DNA of 64,000 nucleotides from Octopus sinensis (taxonomy: Eukaryota), in assembly GCF_006345805.1 (NCBI RefSeq), contig NC_043011.1:16194464-16258463 (forward strand). Reading direction: 5' to 3'. The notes under the pieces were generated by a model that was not told the DNA's origin, did no database searches, and saw only the letters and a program-made list of their open reading frames with translations. Made by a program: the position numbers and the translations under genes. This document shows, piece after piece, positions 1 through 12,483 of the stretch; positions within the stretch are counted from its first letter, which is position 1, and the number at the start of each line of letters is the position of its first letter.

Positions 1-300
1 CCACTGTCTTGGCACACGATGACAGAAAATTAATGAATTGAAAAGTATTAAAAATATTCACTTGAAGAAAGATTAGAGCTCAATATGTTGCCATAATGAT
101 GCATAATTTAATACTTGGTTACCTCTATACACATACCACCATGCATACATACATGCGAACATGCATATTTTTTTGTGTGTCTGCATGCGTGCGTGTGTAT
201 GTATGAATGTATGTGTTGTATGCATATATGTATATATATATATATATGTATACTTGCATACATACATACACACATACACACACACACACACACACATATA

Positions 301-629
301 TCTCTCTATATATAAACGGCAGTTTGTCTGTGCGTGTTTCTGTGTGTCTGTTTGCTTGTACCCTCACCCTGACCACGGCTTTCAACCGATTCTGATGAAA
401 CTTGACACACACATAGCCCAATGTCATAATTCAAAACTAACGCAGCGAAAATTTTGAAAAGTTCCCCCAGTTCTGAAAAAAATCGATAAAATCGACATGG
501 GGTCGAGAATCAGAAACAAACCACAGACTGTCTAGGGGACGCAACTCAACCTTTTTTAACTCAAAAAAAATTTACCATCATATAGTTATTTCCCTTACAA
601 ACCTGAGCAACGCCGGGCGATACTGCTAG
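301..629 (+). mobile_element. Non-autonomous Helitron (short)
   Basis: A|TC 5' end at 301, GC-rich subterminal GAGCAACGCCGGGCGATACTG and CTAG|T 3' end at 626-630; inserted in AT context. Confidence 0.8.
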
Positions 630-674
630 TATATATATATATATATATATATGTATACTTGCATACATACATAC

Positions 675-711
<37 letters not shown>

Positions 712-720
712 ATATATATT

Positions 721-2030
721 TTACCCCTCTGCGAAAATATCTCAGAATTTTAATTGATTTGCTTTTCGCAGGAAGGAAAGTTTCTTGTCGAAGATACGTC
801 TCGCTTTTATCCTTCGAAACGTAGAGTAGATGAAACCTTAGCGACTGAAGAAGGGGTTTTTTCGTTGTGTTAATTGTCCTGTACTCCATTTTTTGTTGTT
901 TTTAAAAAAATGTCCTGTTCCTTTGGTTTGTGTCTATGTTTTCGTTTCTCTTCGTGTTCGAGGTCCCTTTGGTGTCCTGTACTCATATATGCGTGTATAT
1001 GTACATGTAGAGGTAGGTACGTACATATATGTTTATATATATGCATATGTTTTATTTCATTTATTAATATATTATATGACAAAACGCACGCACCCTCTTA
1101 AGTAAGATTGTTCTGTATATCAAGTTTCGCCTTGATATTAACTCTCACGCGCACTCTTTACATTTCTTCCCTATTCTTTGATTTCCTTTTCCCCCACTTA
1201 ACTTGTCTCTTCCTCTCTCTCTCTCATTCTTCATTCTCTCTGTCCCCTTCACCATTCTTCATGGTCTCCTCGCACCATTCCCCTTCTTCTCTCCCTTCCT
1301 CTTGCTCCTCCTCCCCCCTTCCCGTCGTCCACCCGCGACGATACTTCCACCCTCACTGCTAACTGTCTTTCTAGCCCGCCTTTCAAGGTAACTGGACGAC
1401 TTTTCCTGCTCTCTCGTCGTTCACAAAAAAATCTGCGTTTGCAATACTTTTTTCGTTCGGCGTCAACAGCCCTTCTTATCTTGTTTTCCCTGTCCTGTCA
1501 TTTACTGTTATATATATTTTTTTTACTGTTTATATATTTTTTACTTTTTTTTTACTGTTTATATTTTTGTACTGTCGTTACTGTCCTGTTTTTCTGTTTT
1601 TTTACTGTTTATATTTTTGTACTGTCGTTACTGTCCTGTTTTTTTACCATCTTTTTACCATTTTTTTACCATGTTTTACCCCTCTGCGAAAAGATCTCAG
1701 AATTTTAATTGATTTGCTTTTCGCAGGAAGGAAAGTTTCTTGTCGAAGATACGTCTCGCTTTTATCCTTCGAAACGTAGAGTAGATGAAACCTTAACGAC
1801 TGAAGAAGGGGTTTTTTCGTTGTCTTAATTGTCCCGTACTCCATTTTTTGTTGTTTTTAAAAAAATGTCCTGTTCCTTTGGTTTGTATCTATATTTTCGT
1901 TTCTCTTTGTGTTCGACGTCCCTTTGGTGTCCTGTACTCATATATGCGTGTATATGTACATGTAGAGGTAGGTACGTACATATATGTTTATATATATGCA
2001 TATGTTTTATTTCATTTATTAATATATATA
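721..2030 (+). mobile_element. Probable PLE-derived 3' fragment: two ~350-bp direct repeats (721-1068, 1676-2028) around a ~600-bp spacer
   Basis: Near-identical direct repeats seen directly; (TA)n on both flanks; spacer start translates as LSKIVLYIKFRLDINS, weakly like a PLE endonuclease C-terminus. Confidence 0.45.
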
Positions 2031-2037
2031 TATAATA

Positions 2038-2078
<41 letters not shown>

Positions 2079-2080
<2 letters not shown>

Positions 2081-3645
2081 AGCTGAAATACCCGGCGTTG
2101 CCTGGGTTAAACTAGATAATGAAATTCAAAAAGGTCTTTTAGATCTCTAACATGAAATATAATCTACGCAGGTCTTACCTTCTAATAGCTGACATACCAA
2201 ATTTATACGTTAATAACCCGGTGTTTCCCTGATTAGTGAAAATTAACGAAATGTAAGTATGCCTTTTAAATTTCTAAGTGGAATGAAACATGAAATATGC
2301 AGTTCTCAACTGTAATTAACCTGAGGTACAAATTATTAAGGGGAATAACACATTTTGTTAAATGTTCTCTCTGTAAAAATTGTTAAAAAAAACAGGTAGT
2401 TCCTTGTCTTTGCAATTACCTTCAATTGTCAGTACTTATTTGAAACATGTTGAACCTGCAAATGCATAAATTTGAGAAGAACAGACCGGCGGACGATCCT
2501 CTCCTGTTAATAAGTACATTTAAGAAAAATTCAGATGACGCCAGTATAAACACATATATTGAAATACATCCGGAAATCAATCGCAGTTTAATTATCTAGA
2601 GCTTGTGAATATACGTTGTTTCGGGTGTGTCCTTTAACTGGTGTATAAATGAAAAGATCTTGAGGCTTCCAAATCGCGAACATCGTATATATATTTTCCC
2701 ATGAGAGAAGCAAGGAGAAGCAAAGTGAAGTTCAACAACCTTGAGAGACTATTCTTGAGACTTGTTTATTAAATTTCTGCTCCGCACCCGAATTTGTTTC
2801 ATTATAAATTTCAGAGAAAGGGATATTTTTCAATGAAATGTTCTACGAATATGTGTTATATCAAGTATATTCCGAATATACAAATTGTTTGGGGGAAGTG
2901 TTTTAGGAAGAGTTGGGGGTAGGATTGTCGGTAAATTCACCAGAGTCCACTTCATTGTGTCTTAAATTTCAGGAAAATGGATATTTCTAAATGCAATTGT
3001 CTACAAATATTCTTCGGACTATGTAGATTCCGAGCATATAGAATTTTGGGGAAGACAATCGGGGATTATTTTTGAGAACTGTTCTCGGCTGGAGAGTGTT
3101 TCGAAAGAAGTCGTTCATATCTGTTTTATGACCATCCAAATTCGGGGAGAAAAAATCTGTAAAATATAAAAAATGAAAGTACCTTTACAAATCCTTCTTA
3201 TTTGAAATCCTCACAACTAAACACCATGTGTTAATAAGGTGATGTATTCCAAAAATGTCCGAAATATGTATGGGAAAATCAGGGAAATTATCTGCATATG
3301 AAATATTTTTGGTCACATGAAAGTATCTTTTGAAATCCTTTATTAGAAATCGTCATAGTTATAATGATGTATACATACACGTGTGTGCAAATAGCTGGTA
3401 AGGAATTCAAATACGGTAAGCTGAAACTTAGTTTCTACGTCAAGATGCCAAAGACAGGAATTTCAGAAAACGATTTGAAGAAGTGAATCTTTATGTATAA
3501 AGCAATATTTATTTATTTTTAATAAAATAAAGAAAAAGATTCAAGACCATAATATTTTTCCAGGTCAAATTATTCATGTACCCCAAGTATTGTACATATT
3601 GGTCCAGAGGTTTGAGCGTGCATTGAGAACACACAGACATGGTAT

Positions 3646-3650
<5 letters not shown>
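2079..3650 (-). mobile_element. Non-autonomous Helitron
   Basis: Minus-strand 3' end CCCAGGCAACGCCGGGTATTTCAGCTTGT resembles the end at 301-629; TATATAATA..GTCTGTGTG-type 5' end near 3650; linkage of the two ends is inferred. Confidence 0.6.
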
Positions 3651-3679
<29 letters not shown>

Positions 3680-3737
3680 ATATATTATATATATATATAT
3701 GTGTGTGTATATATATATATATATTATATATATATAT

Positions 3738-3943
3738 GTTAATCCAAACATGAAAACAGAAAGAGAAAACACAACAACGCGAGGACGTGGGAGAAATATA
3801 GTATTATTGGACGCTCAGGAAGGAAGGGAAGAAGGGGGGTTTAACGTTTCGAGCGGAGCTCTTCTTCAGAAACATAGGAAAAGGAAAGATCCAAAGAAGG
3901 GAAGACGGAGGAAAACATTCGCCGACGGTACACACGCGGTCAC

Positions 3944-3945
<2 letters not shown>
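3738..3945 (-). mobile_element. ~205-bp HHR-bearing PLE pseudo-LTR-like mini-element
   Basis: Homologous to 12208-12407 in opposite orientation; (TA)n on both sides; contains a minimal hammerhead. Confidence 0.7.
3839..3873 (-). ncRNA. Minimal type I hammerhead ribozyme, intact core
   Basis: gttt-CUGAAGA-a-gagc(ucc)gcuc-GAAA-C-GUU|aaac; palindromic ACGU stem III; extra A after A9. Confidence 0.8.
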
Positions 3946-3994
<49 letters not shown>

Positions 3995-4060
3995 GGTCCT
4001 GGGTTGAGTCGGGGTTAACCACAGTAAATAAGGTACTCAATACATAGCAGATTAAATTAA

Positions 4061-4190
4061 TTTATTTTATAGAAGGAGCTTCTACAGGACTAGAACATTT
4101 TACATTCAGAAGAAATCATCAGGAAGCTTCCTGATGATTTCTTCTGAATGAAACAGTTCTAGTCCTGTAGAAGCTCCTTCTATAAAATAA

Positions 4191-4191
<1 letters not shown>
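4061..4191. repeat. Fold-back palindrome, ~65-bp arms, no spacer
   Basis: Arms are reverse complements centred on AAGCTT (4124-4129), differing only near 4097-4103 versus 4150-4156. Confidence 0.9.
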
Positions 4192-4221
<30 letters not shown>

Positions 4222-4223
4222 AT

Positions 4224-4372
4224 TACGACGGGCTATTTTCAGTTTCCGTCTACCAACTCCCCCCACAAGGCTTTGGTTAGCCTGAGAAGTCACTCGAAAA
4301 AGGTGCTACGCAGTGGGACTGAACCCGCATACATGTGGTTGGGAAGCAGGCTGCTTACCACAGAGCCACATC
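4224..4372 (-). mobile_element. tRNA-derived SINE family B, 5' half
   Basis: Homologous to head of the copies at 46707 and 59722; A/B-box-like motifs. Confidence 0.8.
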
Positions 4373-6432
4373 TATAATATATATTGACAACCATGATTGA
4401 TGTTATCAATGTTTACATAGTATTTTCTGTACAGTTAATTAGGATGTTTCTCTGTTGCAATATTTTAACGTTAAATGTTAAGTATAGATGTGTTGTTACT
4501 AAACAAAATACATACTTCTTTATCTACATGTATATATTATCGAAAGACATTTGGTTTTCGTTATTGATTTTTTTTTTTACTACGCATATTCCAATATTCC
4601 TTTATTTTATTCCCTCAAAAATTATTCTATTGTATATTGGAGAATAACAGGCTGTCTTTATTGTTACGAAATTTCAATATACAGCAAAAAATAAGGAATT
4701 TGTCAGTGTCTCTTGATACACGACTTTATCACTAAATCTATGATTAGTATGTTAATTATCAGATGTTTATTAAAAGTAGGATTTCACATAAAAGTTTCAT
4801 ATTTTATTATATTATTTATGCGCAAGGATGTAATGTGTTGCGACATTCTTTATTCCCAATGATCGTTATATATTTCGGTGCTACCTTGCGAGTAAGAAAT
4901 ATGTTACCGTTTATTACACAGAATACAGTTCAGTTTCCTTTCTTTCTTTTTTTAACATACTGTCTCTGGAAGTGAGTATCGACGCAATTTGCAGGTCGTG
5001 ATTTGGATACATTTAATGTTCCATGTTAACTTATGAAATTCAATTACAGCATGAGAGATATTAGCAGAGTGAATAGTCTAGGACGCCAATATTCTAAAAA
5101 TGAATGACGGAGCGTTGTGGTTGCAACGAGTACATGAAGGCTGTGTATAAAATTTGGGGTAAGAAGTAGATGGACGTATGTTGTCGTTGGTGATAGAGTC
5201 GAATACGTAGAAGACCATCCATTTTTGAGGAATATAGACTATTATGCTATCAATAAAAAAATTAGGGCGTAAAACGAAATGCATGTGGGCAAAAGGAGGT
5301 GGTGTGCGTCTGAGAGATTGAATGCCAGTCAAGATTTATTTCTCTGGTTAAAACCCAGCATCTCCGTGCCCGACAGCACTAATCCGGATTTGCAAAAAAT
5401 AATGTCAAGTGGATCTCAAATGTATTTTGGAGCTGAAATATTCGTAGACCCCGAAGACAAATGCTTTCGTAGACCAATATTTTTGATATCGTCCAAGCAA
5501 TGTGAAGAATGCGTGTTTTCGCCGGGAAATGTCTAAGCTTAAGGGCTCCAATTGACAGTTGATCATGATTAAAAGGTTGTATAGCGCAACGTTTCTTTCT
5601 ATTTATGATTAAATCTTAAGGTCTCCGCTGTTAAAAGCGAAAAGATTAGCAGTGACCCGCTGGGCTTGTTTTTCAGTGATCCATTTAGCGAATCTATGCC
5701 GGTACAATGTGCGGTGTTTATGGTCCGTGTGTGTAGCGCATGGTTGAGTATAGTTACAATGGAATAAATTCCAATTACTCTCTGTAAAAGAGCGGCCGTC
5801 GTTGTCAGAAGCGCTAAATAAACCTGTGCAGAAGGAAGAGAAATTTAGAAAATATTGCAACTGAAGTACAGCAGTGTTGATTGAGTGTAGATTATTCAAT
5901 AAAAGCTACGATTTAGAGATGCAATAAGAAGCTATCGGAACAAGAAATCACACACGGAATGATGTATAGTTATGAAAATAAGCAGTCTCTTGCTATATAC
6001 CTTGTTATTTAAATTACAGATGACTTATTTCCTGCTGTGGCACATTTTTCTCTAAAGTATAGATATGTATGCGTACATCTGCGAGGACAAAGCAGCGCCA
6101 AAGTTTCGAAAGAAATATTTTGAGTACATTGAGAAGTAATTTTCGGATAACGGGATCGGACAGCAAAACGTGGGTTTGTATGCTGTTATCTCTATAGTGG
6201 GCTTGTTATTCTTTTATTAACGCTGTATACCAGTATATATATAAAAGAATAAAAGAATAGGAGAAAAAAGAACGCTCCGTAACACTAAACCAAGAAGGTC
6301 CTCTGTACGCTGTATTTTAAGGCTACATGGTACGTTTACGTTGCGTTACTGAGATATTTTGGTTCGATTATATAGTTATCGGTTTTACACTGCTTTCTAT
6401 ATAATGTACCTGTCGCAAGTTACTTTTCTACT

Positions 6433-6640
6433 AAAGGCACAAGTCCTGCAATTTTTGCTGGGAGATGCCCAGTCGATTAAATCACCCCAGTACACATCTG
6501 AAATTTAATTTATCGACCACGAAAGTATAAATGGCAAATTCGACCTCGGCAGAATTTGACCTCAGAACATAAAAACAGACGAAATACTGTTAAGCATTTT
6601 GTCCGACATGCTAACGATTCTGCCAGCTCTTTGCCCTTAT
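6433..6640 (-). mobile_element. tRNA-derived SINE family A, degenerate
   Basis: Diverged match to 18072-18302 and 40283-40507. Confidence 0.7.
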
Positions 6641-6787
6641 TGCCCTTAACTGTGACAATACATAGAGACGTTTCTCATGGCACCAGCACACAATTCACAG
6701 ATGCATACATATTTAAAAAATATTTTTCGTGAAGATTTAACGTGTCCAGCTAGTTTCTCTCTCTCTCTTCCTCTCTCTCTCTCTCAG

Positions 6788-6857
<70 letters not shown>

Positions 6858-7109
6858 TATATATAACAGTATCTTCTTAGACTGTTACTCCTAATTCAGT
6901 TACTTACTAAGCAGTATTGATATCACAAAAATATTTACACACACACAAATGCGACACGATACTGGCGGACATCTACAATAAACAAATTACAAAGATACAT
7001 ATTTATAAATGTGTGTACATATATAAATATACACATGCTTGTGTGTATATATGAATGTTTCTCTTTTCATTTATATATATATTTATATGTATAGATATAT
7101 GTGAGTATT

Positions 7110-7148
<39 letters not shown>

Positions 7149-7671
7149 GTACACACACGCATATATAACGTAAGAATATATATATATGATTACATTCCGT
7201 AGGTTTCTCCCAGAAATATATACATGATGATAATTAGATATGATTTATACATTGCTCATCTTAAATCTAATTTTGTTGTAATATCGCAACTAATGGAGGT
7301 TGTGATTGTATCACAAAAATAAATTGTATTTTCTAAAAATTATCAAAAACTGAATTTCTTTTACCTGTCGTACATGGAGAAGAAAATATTGGAGTAAAAT
7401 ATGTCTTTTATTATATTTCAATTACAGAAGTACAGCCTGTTAATATAGGGAAACCAATTTGGCGAAAAATGTTTTGGGAATCGCATGGGCAAATAGTGAA
7501 GAACATGTTATTCAGATTCAGTGTATATAGATAAAATGACTCATTGATATTTTGAATGCTACATGTGGGTTTGCAGTTATCCTCTAATCTCCATTGCCAT
7601 TATATTGCAGCAGTTTATCATTTTAGAAGTTTATATTAATTATGGTGACCATACTTACGAAAATGATGATG

Positions 7672-7778
7672 ATGATGATGACGACGACAACGACGATGAT
7701 GGTGATGACGATCATGATTTTCTTGATTATCATGATCATGATGATAATAGTGATGATGATGATGATGATGATGATGAT
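7672..7778. repeat. (GAT/GAC)n microsatellite
   Basis: Seen directly. Confidence 0.95.
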
Positions 7779-9229
7779 AGATATTGGATATGGTAAGAAT
7801 TCTGCAGGGAAATCACAACTACAATAAAAATGTTCCTCATCGTAAAATAACTCTGCCTGTTCCTCCGTATGCTATTTCGATAATCCAAGAATCAGCAAAT
7901 AGTAGCGGCAAACATTGCCCCCTGTATTGGATCATTGTCATCTCAATACTAAGCTTGTATGTTCCGGAGTGGAAAAAGCAATAATCCAATATGTTACACA
8001 CTAAGCCATAGCATCCACATGCGCACATATACACAATATACACACGTTCGTGGTCGAACTCTAATAAGAAACCGAAGCAGTGGTATACTATCCCAAATCT
8101 CACAATATCAGAGATGTACACCTTGATTAAAGAATAAACTGATTTTATAGAATATTTACTGCTGACATGTGATATGAAATTTGTATTATACATGCAATTG
8201 TTCTGACACTAAAGAACAAAGTTTTCGTGGGGGACAATATCCATGTCAGTAAATGTTATTGCAAATATAAATCTGTCTTAACTATTGGTAATTTTATTAT
8301 TCCCATGAAACCAATGTATCAGGGATCTGCATGACAATAAAATAACAGCAATGCGTTTATGACGTACATCGCGCAAATTTCTCTTCGCAATTTCGTTTCA
8401 CTACACTCTTGCGCAGTTGACTTATTAACAAGACATATTTTTATGGCACTTGCACCTACAGTGGTTTATATTTTATATCATAGTATATCTAACTGTTGTT
8501 GTTGAGTTTAGTCTAAAACAGGCAGTGAAAGAGCAGGCTTAGAATCAAAGCCGTGCTACTCCTCACGATAAATACTGATTTTATGCAGATATAGATTTTC
8601 TAAAATTACATTACCTAACATGATCTTAATTAAAAAATGGCATGTGCATTAAAGAATATTTAGCTGGTATTTCTAGTAGGTCGAACGAGTGCATAGAGAT
8701 TGCCTTAACTCGGTAAATCATGAGATTAAAGTGGGATTTGATGTGGTTACTCAATAAACGTACAACTAAGTATAAAAATTCTGATTAACAAATAAGGCAA
8801 TAAAGTTTTAAATTATTTAGAATTGTTTTCTTTTCTGATGTAAGATAAAATGCAATTTCACACAACAGCGGCTAAAATGGAAAACTGTATGCATTAAAAG
8901 AGAAAATATCATGCTCAACATTACCATAACGCGTTAGTTTTCTCCTTCTCCAATTTGTTTTAGTGTTATTTTCCCGCTTCCTTCTTTCCCGATCTTTCAT
9001 CGGTTATCTTCTTTTCATCCTTACGTACACAGTTTTCAATGCGCTTCAGGCTTTAATTCATACCGGTTACGAAGCCGTCTCTTATTACCGTTGATGATAA
9101 AAATGTGAATGTCATATACCAAACAGATCTAAGCACATGAGTATTAGTTGTATGCAAGGGCGTGCAAGTGTATATGGTACGAACCAGGCCCGGATCAACT
9201 AAGATCAACTGAAATTTCTGGTCAGTTTT

Positions 9230-9465
9230 GCCCACCAGTACATCTTCCATATGTATATTATTGCATGCATTTCTCGCCTTCTCGCCCTGGAGGAGATCTC
9301 CAGTTCTTGTAGCCTTTCCCTGTAGCTCATCTGTTTCGCCGTGTCAATCCCCTTTGTATAGTGCCTCTGGATTGTGCTTCAAGTTCCGACACCAGTTTCA
9401 CGCTATGCCTCGATCACATAAGGGAGTAGAGGCCTAGATGACTGAGAACAATAATCCTCCATATC
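9230..9465 (-). pseudogene. CR1/L2-type LINE ORF2 C-terminal remnant
   Basis: Frameshifted translation DYCSQ..VSELEA/IQRHYTKGIDTAKQMSYRERLQELEISSRARRREMHAIIYIWK matches the LDYCS..LE.VQR..TK.I....SY.ERL..L.L.SL..RR pattern. Confidence 0.75.
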
Positions 9466-9890
9466 TAAAGATCCATTCAGCAACGAACCTGCACTATGTT
9501 GCCACCCTGGTAATTAAAAAATCTATAAAAAAACAACTTTCAGGTACAATAGTAGTGTATTGTCGCAGAAGGTTTTTCAGTTTATTCCGTATCAAGGCAC
9601 GATAAGAGGAAAACGGATTAGTTTATAGGGTTGCTGTATATTTGAATAAATATCCCAAAATTAGGGAATGGAGTTGATAAAATCCAGGCTATATATATTT
9701 CATAGCAAACAGAACCTTTGAAGCAGTAATTATCCAAAGGTGGGGAAGACCGCAAGCTACTTTTCAGGCCAAGTCTACCTTGATTGCATAATGTTTGCAC
9801 TGTCGTGATGAGATCCCGTGTTAACTCGCTGAGAATTCGATCAAAATGCCACACTATTCCCTATATTCTTGATGTATATATATATATATA

Positions 9891-11545
9891 TCTTATTATA
9901 AAAGGCAGATTTTATCTGCCTCCCTTTGTAACTTATAGAAATCTACAATATAGGATTTCTTCAATTACAATTTACCTAGCATTTTTAAGAGTAGAATGCA
10001 TCGGGTCATGCCAGCTCCAGTTTTTAAAATTTAAACTCCAATTAAGCAAAATTTACAGAAAACTCACATTCTGGTGTGTATGTCAAATGCTTTTCTTAAT
10101 GTGGTTTACACCACACGCACACACACAGTGTGCAACGAATAAAATGAAAGTAAATAGCGACAGAGTGATTTGAGGAAGACTAAACTGAAAGTATTTAAAC
10201 CACTACTCAAAAAATAAAAAAAACACAGCAAACAGAAACAAATAAATACATAACGATTTACTCCTCACACAATTTCTTCAATTAGAGTTTACCTAAGATT
10301 TTTCAAAGTACTCCATTCGGTCATGCCATAATATATTTCTTTCAATTTCACCCACTATTAAGACAAAATTCGAGAAAACTCAATATTTTAACATTTCACT
10401 CCGAAAGCATTGATGTACATGTGTGCGTGCGTGAGTGTGTGTGTGTGTGTGTGTGTGTGTTTGATGGGTTGTGCGACACAGAAAGTGTGGTGTGTAAGTG
10501 AAGTGCTTTTGTTAGTGTGTGTAAAGAGACAGACAGAGTGAAAGACAGAAATAACTGAACTTTTTTTATTCACTTGTTGTAGTGAGTGACTGAGAGAGAA
10601 AAGAGAGAGAGAGGTTATGTATGTATATATGTATGTATGGCTTCAGTGACACACACACACAAAAACACATACCTACGTACACCTAAAGCACGCACACACA
10701 CACAAGCGGAGCGCGAACTTCAAAATTTTGGCAGTATTAATTTGCGAGCGTACTTCTGCGCGCGCGTAATTGAAAGTTTTCACTATGATATCATCACGTG
10801 CGAAAAAATTCGAAGGGTTTTGAACAAGTGAGATACACATGTCACGCCTGTATTAAAACCATTGCTAAGCTGCCGTAATTGCTTAATTAAGACTTTGTTT
10901 AAATTGAAAGGGGCAAATATGTGACGAGGTTGAAAGAAAATACCCCAGAAAAAAAAATGTACTGCTGGTATTTATATAATTCACTGCTATTTTGCTACAA
11001 TGTCATGAAAAAGAAAAAATTTAGGTATGTAAATCGAATTCGCCACCCCTTTTCCCCGTTCGCGTTTGTGTAAAAAAAATTATTATTTAAGTTTTAAAAA
11101 TTATTTAATTTGTTCAAAAAATATTAATATTAATAAATTTTCAAGAATTATTTATTTTTATTCTGTAAAATAGTAATTAATTCATTTATCTGTAAATCCG
11201 CGAGGTTGTTACTCAGGCACCTAGAATGGTAACCTTCAACGAACACTATCTCCTCCGAGACCCTGCGGCACAAGTTGACCAAAATTGAGAGTATGGTAGA
11301 AGAAGGGTTGCTCTTCCTTCCGTAGAACATACAATTCAAATTGGACCATGTTAACACCAAAAATTATTTACATCAAGAAGATACTTTTTTCTATGAAAAT
11401 CCATATTTTTTACGATTTTTTCACTGCTGTGTCGCCACTTTTCGGTGTATTTCGACCAGAAAAATGTTCACAAAACTTTTACTTTTCAAAATTACAATTC
11501 CAGCGGGTCGAAACAAACCCGAGCAACGCCGGGCGATACTGCTAG
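9891..11545 (+). mobile_element. Non-autonomous Helitron (1.65 kb)
   Basis: A|TC at 9891 and GAGCAACGCCGGGCGATACTGCTAG|T at 11521-11546, the same 3' end as 301-629. Confidence 0.75.
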
Positions 11546-11554
11546 TATATATAT

Positions 11555-12110
11555 ACGAGCAAAACGCCCTCCGTCCAATGGACGGTGCTGAGTTGTCAAA
11601 TATTTAAACCAAATTTTCTAAAAACAACTTACCGACCGTCCCATAGGCTTCCCCATTGAGAAACGTTGATTTAACGTAAATTTGAGACGGGGGATATTAA
11701 ACGACGTTAAGGCAAAAATAAAACTTCCTGAGAAAACAAATAGCCTTTCCATCCTTCATGCCAAGTTTGAAGAAAATATCTCTTTTGCATCTTACTTTTT
11801 GGTCTCTTCAATATACTGAATTTTGTGGCATTATTTCAAACCAGCCGCGTTTTTCGCGCAAACTGCCCGTGCATTTTTTGTCGCGTATGCGTAGTATAGA
11901 TCACTGATGTACTTGCGCGAACAAATGCATGTTCCTACGGCTTTAACGATCGCATTCTCACCTGAAATGGATTTTTATAATTTTTCCTATTCCTATACAC
12001 GCCCTAATATAATCGGTATAGACATATCAAATTTGAGCACAATCGGATAGAGGATGCCCGAGATCCTAGAAGACACACACACACAGACAGAACGGATTTC
12101 ATATTATATA
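11555..12110 (-). mobile_element. Non-autonomous Helitron-like element
   Basis: Subterminal hairpin CCGTCCAATGGACGG (11571-11585), minus-strand end GCTCGT, 5' end TATAATATGAAATCCGTTCTGTCTGTG; non-CTRR end lowers confidence. Confidence 0.6.
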
Positions 12111-12138
12111 TATATATATATATATATGCCCACATCTA

Positions 12139-12207
<69 letters not shown>

Positions 12208-12209
<2 letters not shown>

Positions 12210-12407
12210 CTCGTGTGTACCGTTGGCGATTTTTTTCCTGTGTCTTCCCTTCTCTGGATCTTTCCTTCTCCTATGTTTCCGACAAAGAGCTCCGCTCGAA
12301 ACGTTAAACCCTCCTTCTTTCCTTCTATCCTGAGCGTCCAATAATACTATATTTGTTCCACGTCCTCGCGTTGTTGTGTTTTTTGTGCTTTCTTGTTTGG
12401 ATTAACT
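12208..12407 (+). mobile_element. Second copy of the ~205-bp HHR mini-element; HHR at 12275-12309 has altered core CCGACAA
   Basis: Homology to 3738-3945; stems intact, core has U4C and G8A. Confidence 0.7.
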
Positions 12408-12440
12408 ATATATATATATATGTATATATATATAGATATG

Positions 12441-12483
<43 letters not shown>

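Noticed and set aside
780-860. Hammerhead in the 350-bp direct repeat (GAAACGTA..CTGAAGA; TTGTCGA..GAAA)
   Set aside because: Neither the type I nor the type II arrangement gives both a closing stem I and a core-adjacent stem II.
5279-5899. Non-repetitive ORFs of 85 and 96 aa in a slightly GC-richer block
   Set aside because: No recognisable motif, no convincing splice pair, and stops in the alternative frames.
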